Below are positions 61,286 through 64,000 of a DNA stretch of 64,000 bases, piece after piece. A model generated the notes under the pieces. It was not told where the DNA came from, searched no databases, and was given only the letters and a program-made list of their open reading frames with translations. The DNA comes from an uncultured Candidatus Rokubacteria bacterium. Its GTDB lineage: Bacteria; Methylomirabilota; Methylomirabilia; Rokubacteriales; CSP1-6. The translations under genes were made by a program, and so were the position numbers. How positions within the stretch are numbered: position 1 is the stretch's first letter; the number at the start of each line of letters is the position of its first letter. The stretch is from positions 351,885-415,884 of the forward strand of contig CAVWFS010000001.1 of NCBI GenBank assembly GCA_963754315.1. Direction: 5' to 3'.

Positions 61286-61399
61286 GAGCAGGAGAGTGAT
61301 CATCGGGCCGGGATTGTCTCCGGATCAGAGCCGAGAGATCAACCACTTGCCCGGGGACGAGGTTATGGCGAGGGACAGGCGGAAGTCGGGCGGCTCGTC

Positions 61400-61892
61400 A
61401 GGCGGCGACAAGGCGAAACCGTTCGTCCTCTACTGCAACGGCCCCTTCTGCGGCAAGAGCAAGCGGCTGAGCGAGGAGCTGCTGGCCGCTGGCTTCAGCA
61501 GCGTACGCCGCTACCAGCTGGGCATCCCCGTGTGGCGCGCCCTCGTCGGTCTCACCGAGATCGAGCTCGAGGGCGTCCAGCACGTGCTCCGCAACGATCG
61601 CACGGCGGTGTTCCTCGACGCTCGGAACGCGGAGGAGTTCGGCTCCGGCAGTCTGCCGGGCGCCCGCACCATCCCCCAGGGCTCGGTGCAACCCGGCAAG
61701 GATGTGGGCGAGGTACGGCGGGCGAAGGACGACGGACGGCTGCCGATGGAGGATCACAACACGCGCATCGTCGTGTTCGGTCACGACGCCGCGCAGGCGC
61801 GCGGGCTCGCCGAGGCGATCGCCCGCGAGGCCTTTCACAACGTGTCCTACTTTCCGGGAACCTTCGAAGCCCTGGGGGGGTCAGTGAGGTAG
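61400..61892 (+). pseudogene. Rhodanese-domain protein, 5'-truncated by the transposon
   Basis: VLYCNGPFCGKS, YQLGIPVW, FLDAR..EEF..GSLPGA. Confidence 0.75.
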
Positions 61893-61929
61893 CGGATCGC
61901 CTGCGCTTCGGGTTCGGCTCGGGGCCGGC

Positions 61930-63483
61930 CTACTGCTTCCGCAGCCGCATGTCCTCCCACGGGGAGGTGAAGTACAGGATCGGATTCAGGCCCACCGCAG
62001 CCTCCTCCACCCGCGGACCGATGCCGTGGATGGTGGCCGGCTCGAAGATCGGCGCGTGCATGACGCGCTCGTGAATCAGCGTCTGGATCTGGTGCAGGAG
62101 CGCCTCGCGCCGCTTGCGGTCGCGTTCGCGCGCCTGCTGGTAAAAGAGGTCGTCGATGTCCGGGTGGCCGCCGTATGCGTAAGGCGCGCCGGTGACCACG
62201 AATGCCTCGATGCGGGCGGCGGCGTTACCCGGGGCGGCGGTGACGCCCACGATCAGGCCGGTGAGCTTCTTTGCTCGCCAGGAGTCCATGAACGGCAGCC
62301 GCTCCATGCTCTGCTGCTTCGTCCGGATGCCGACCTGCGCCAGGTAGCCAGCCACGGCCTCGCCCATCGTGGTGAACGGGGGCAGCGGGGTAAGGTTGCC
62401 GGCGTCGAACCCGTTGGGATAGCCGGCCTCGGCGAGCAGCCGCTTGGCCTGCGCGGGGTCATAGGGATACGGCTCGATGCGGAGGGCGAATTCCATGATG
62501 CTCGGGATGATCGAGCCCGTCAGCCGCGAGAATCCCAGCCGCTCCGCCTGGTTGATCGCCTGTTTGTCCATCGAGAGGGCGGCGGCCAGGCGGATGCGGC
62601 GGTCGGCCCACGGTGACTTCGGGTTCCACTGCTCCGGAAAGTCGAGCCACCAGACCGCGCTTGGGATAACGCGGGCCAGGCGAAGCTTCGGATCGGCCTT
62701 GATGGTCTCGGCTTCGACCCCGACCATCAGGTAGCCGATGTCGGCCTCGCCCGTCTTCAGCATGGCCAGGCGCGTCGTGCGGTCGGGTACACCCTTGAAG
62801 ACGATGCGCCGGATCGACGGCTTCTTCCGCCAGTACTGGTCGTTGGCCTCCACCACCACCTCGACCCCTGGGATCATGCGGACGAACTTGTACGGGCCGA
62901 GGCCGACCGGCTGACGCGCGAACACCTCGTCGCCGACCTTCTCCGTGTACTTCTTGGGCACGATCCAGCCCGCTCCGGTGGCCGGCATCGCATAGAAGGC
63001 CAGGAAGTCCGGCCACGGCGCGCCGAGCACGAAGCGCACTCGGTGGGTATCGACGACCTCGACGGTCTTCACGCGCTCGTGCAATAGCTTGGCCGACACG
63101 CCCTTGTATCGGTGGAAGCTGAACTTCACGTCCTCCGCAGTGAACGGATCGCCGTTGTGGAACCTCACGTTCTCGCGCAGCTTGAACTCGTACGAGAGCC
63201 CGTCGGCGCTCTCCTTCCACGACTCGGCGAGCGACGGCGCCATGTTGTTGCCGGGCATCGGCTTGGCCACCGCGTCGTGGATGGCGTAGAGGAACACGAA
63301 CGGCGTGGCGAGGCCGGAGGTCTGCGCCGGATCCAGGAAGGCCGGCGCGATCGAGGCGTCGAACGCTACCGTGAGCTGCCCGTCGGGCTGGCCCTGGGCG
63401 CGCACCTCCGGGCTCGCGGCGAGCAGGACGAGGAGCGCCGTCAGCGACGACACCAGAGTGCGACCCGACGATATCCTACCCAT
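61930..63483 (-). CDS. Family 5 ABC substrate-binding protein
   Basis: PSLAESW, FHNGDPFTAEDVKFS, PVGLGPYKF, YDPAQAKRLLAEAGYPNGF. Confidence 0.92.
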   Translation of the reverse strand: MGRISSGRTLVSSLTALLVLLAASPEVRAQGQPDGQLTVAFDASIAPAFLDPAQTSGLATPFVFLYAIHDAVAKPMPGNNMAPSLAESWKESADGLSYEFKLRENVRFHNGDPFTAEDVKFSFHRYKGVSAKLLHERVKTVEVVDTHRVRFVLGAPWPDFLAFYAMPATGAGWIVPKKYTEKVGDEVFARQPVGLGPYKFVRMIPGVEVVVEANDQYWRKKPSIRRIVFKGVPDRTTRLAMLKTGEADIGYLMVGVEAETIKADPKLRLARVIPSAVWWLDFPEQWNPKSPWADRRIRLAAALSMDKQAINQAERLGFSRLTGSIIPSIMEFALRIEPYPYDPAQAKRLLAEAGYPNGFDAGNLTPLPPFTTMGEAVAGYLAQVGIRTKQQSMERLPFMDSWRAKKLTGLIVGVTAAPGNAAARIEAFVVTGAPYAYGGHPDIDDLFYQQARERDRKRREALLHQIQTLIHERVMHAPIFEPATIHGIGPRVEEAAVGLNPILYFTSPWEDMRLRKQ

Positions 63484-63669
63484 GGGAGGCCTCCTTGCCG
63501 GGACTATCGCCATCGACGCTGCCGGGACCGCTGTCCCACCTCGTCGAGCGGACCGACGTGGTCGTCGCAGCACCCCCTTCAGCGCGATTGTCGGTGACGA
63601 CGCGCTACCGTACCATGCCGAGCACTCAGCGTCGCGGATCACGTGCCGCGAGGTCTCGAGGAGGCGACC

Positions 63670-63833
63670 CTCGACGATCCAGGACGGGATCGAGGAGCTT
63701 GCGCACATCCTCCGGATCACGCTCCGCCAGAAGCTCCAGCGACGACCCCAGGTCGCACTCTGGGCAGAACTTCACGTTCTGGGCAGAACTCCGAAGAGGA
63801 CAGATTCGCGTGCTGACAGCGGGGACACTGCAT
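63670..63833 (-). pseudogene. Collapsed remnant of a zinc-ribbon/adenylate-cyclase protein
   Basis: MQCPRCQHAN...FCPEC is joined directly to DLGSSLELLAERDPEDVRKLLDPVLDR. Confidence 0.6.
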
Positions 63834-64000
63834 CAGGATCTCTCGTCGGAGATGGCACTCATGTAGGCGGGCAGAGCTTAGCCCTCGGACCGGGAGCGAG
63901 CGGCTCTTCTTGCGCTCGAGGTCGCGCGGCGTCCGCACGTTGTCCGTAGTCGAAGGCCTCCCTCATTGACCGCCGGACGGAATTTTGGCGAACGACAACC

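Larger units (their letters stand above)
58105..61377 (-). mobile_element. rve-transposase element disrupted by a group II intron at codon 6/7
   Basis: Exon 61286-61303 (MITLLL) plus 59348 downward (HLLRLLP...LWGAPRIHGELLKLG...SIDFFTV...RDRDAIYG...WQNPFAERLIGSIRRECLDH); left TIR ends 61377; right end degenerate. Confidence 0.85.

Overview
High-GC bacterial window. The gene content resembles Candidatus Rokubacteria, but that is inference only. Frequent single-base frameshifts suggest a long-read consensus. The left half (1-31.7 kb) is mostly housekeeping and redox genes: aminotransferases, a sigma54 amtB(pseudo)-glnK-porin nitrogen locus, CcdA/thioredoxin/peroxiredoxin genes, a DUF2282-DUF692-DUF2063 (bufferin-type RiPP) cluster, an adenylate cyclase, cell-wall enzymes, UbiD/UbiA/UbiE quinone genes, HU, tRNA-Gln and tRNA-Glu. 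Three thioredoxin-fold genes carry an in-frame TGA exactly at the first Cys of CxxC, each followed by a SECIS-like hairpin, so they are probable selenoproteins. The right half (31.7-64 kb) is an accretion zone at tRNA-Glu. The tRNA 3' 49 nt recurs twice more with conserved flanking arms, but no integrase lies between the copies. This zone holds integron-like attC cassettes without IntI, peptide-type ABC transporter cargo, internally deleted gene mosaics and nested transposons. The strongest sequence-level signal is an IS110/IS1111 remnant whose 3' non-coding end folds into a bridge/seek-RNA-like target loop. Its two guide segments spell the insertion site inside another transposase family, and a group II intron has independently homed into another copy of that same family.
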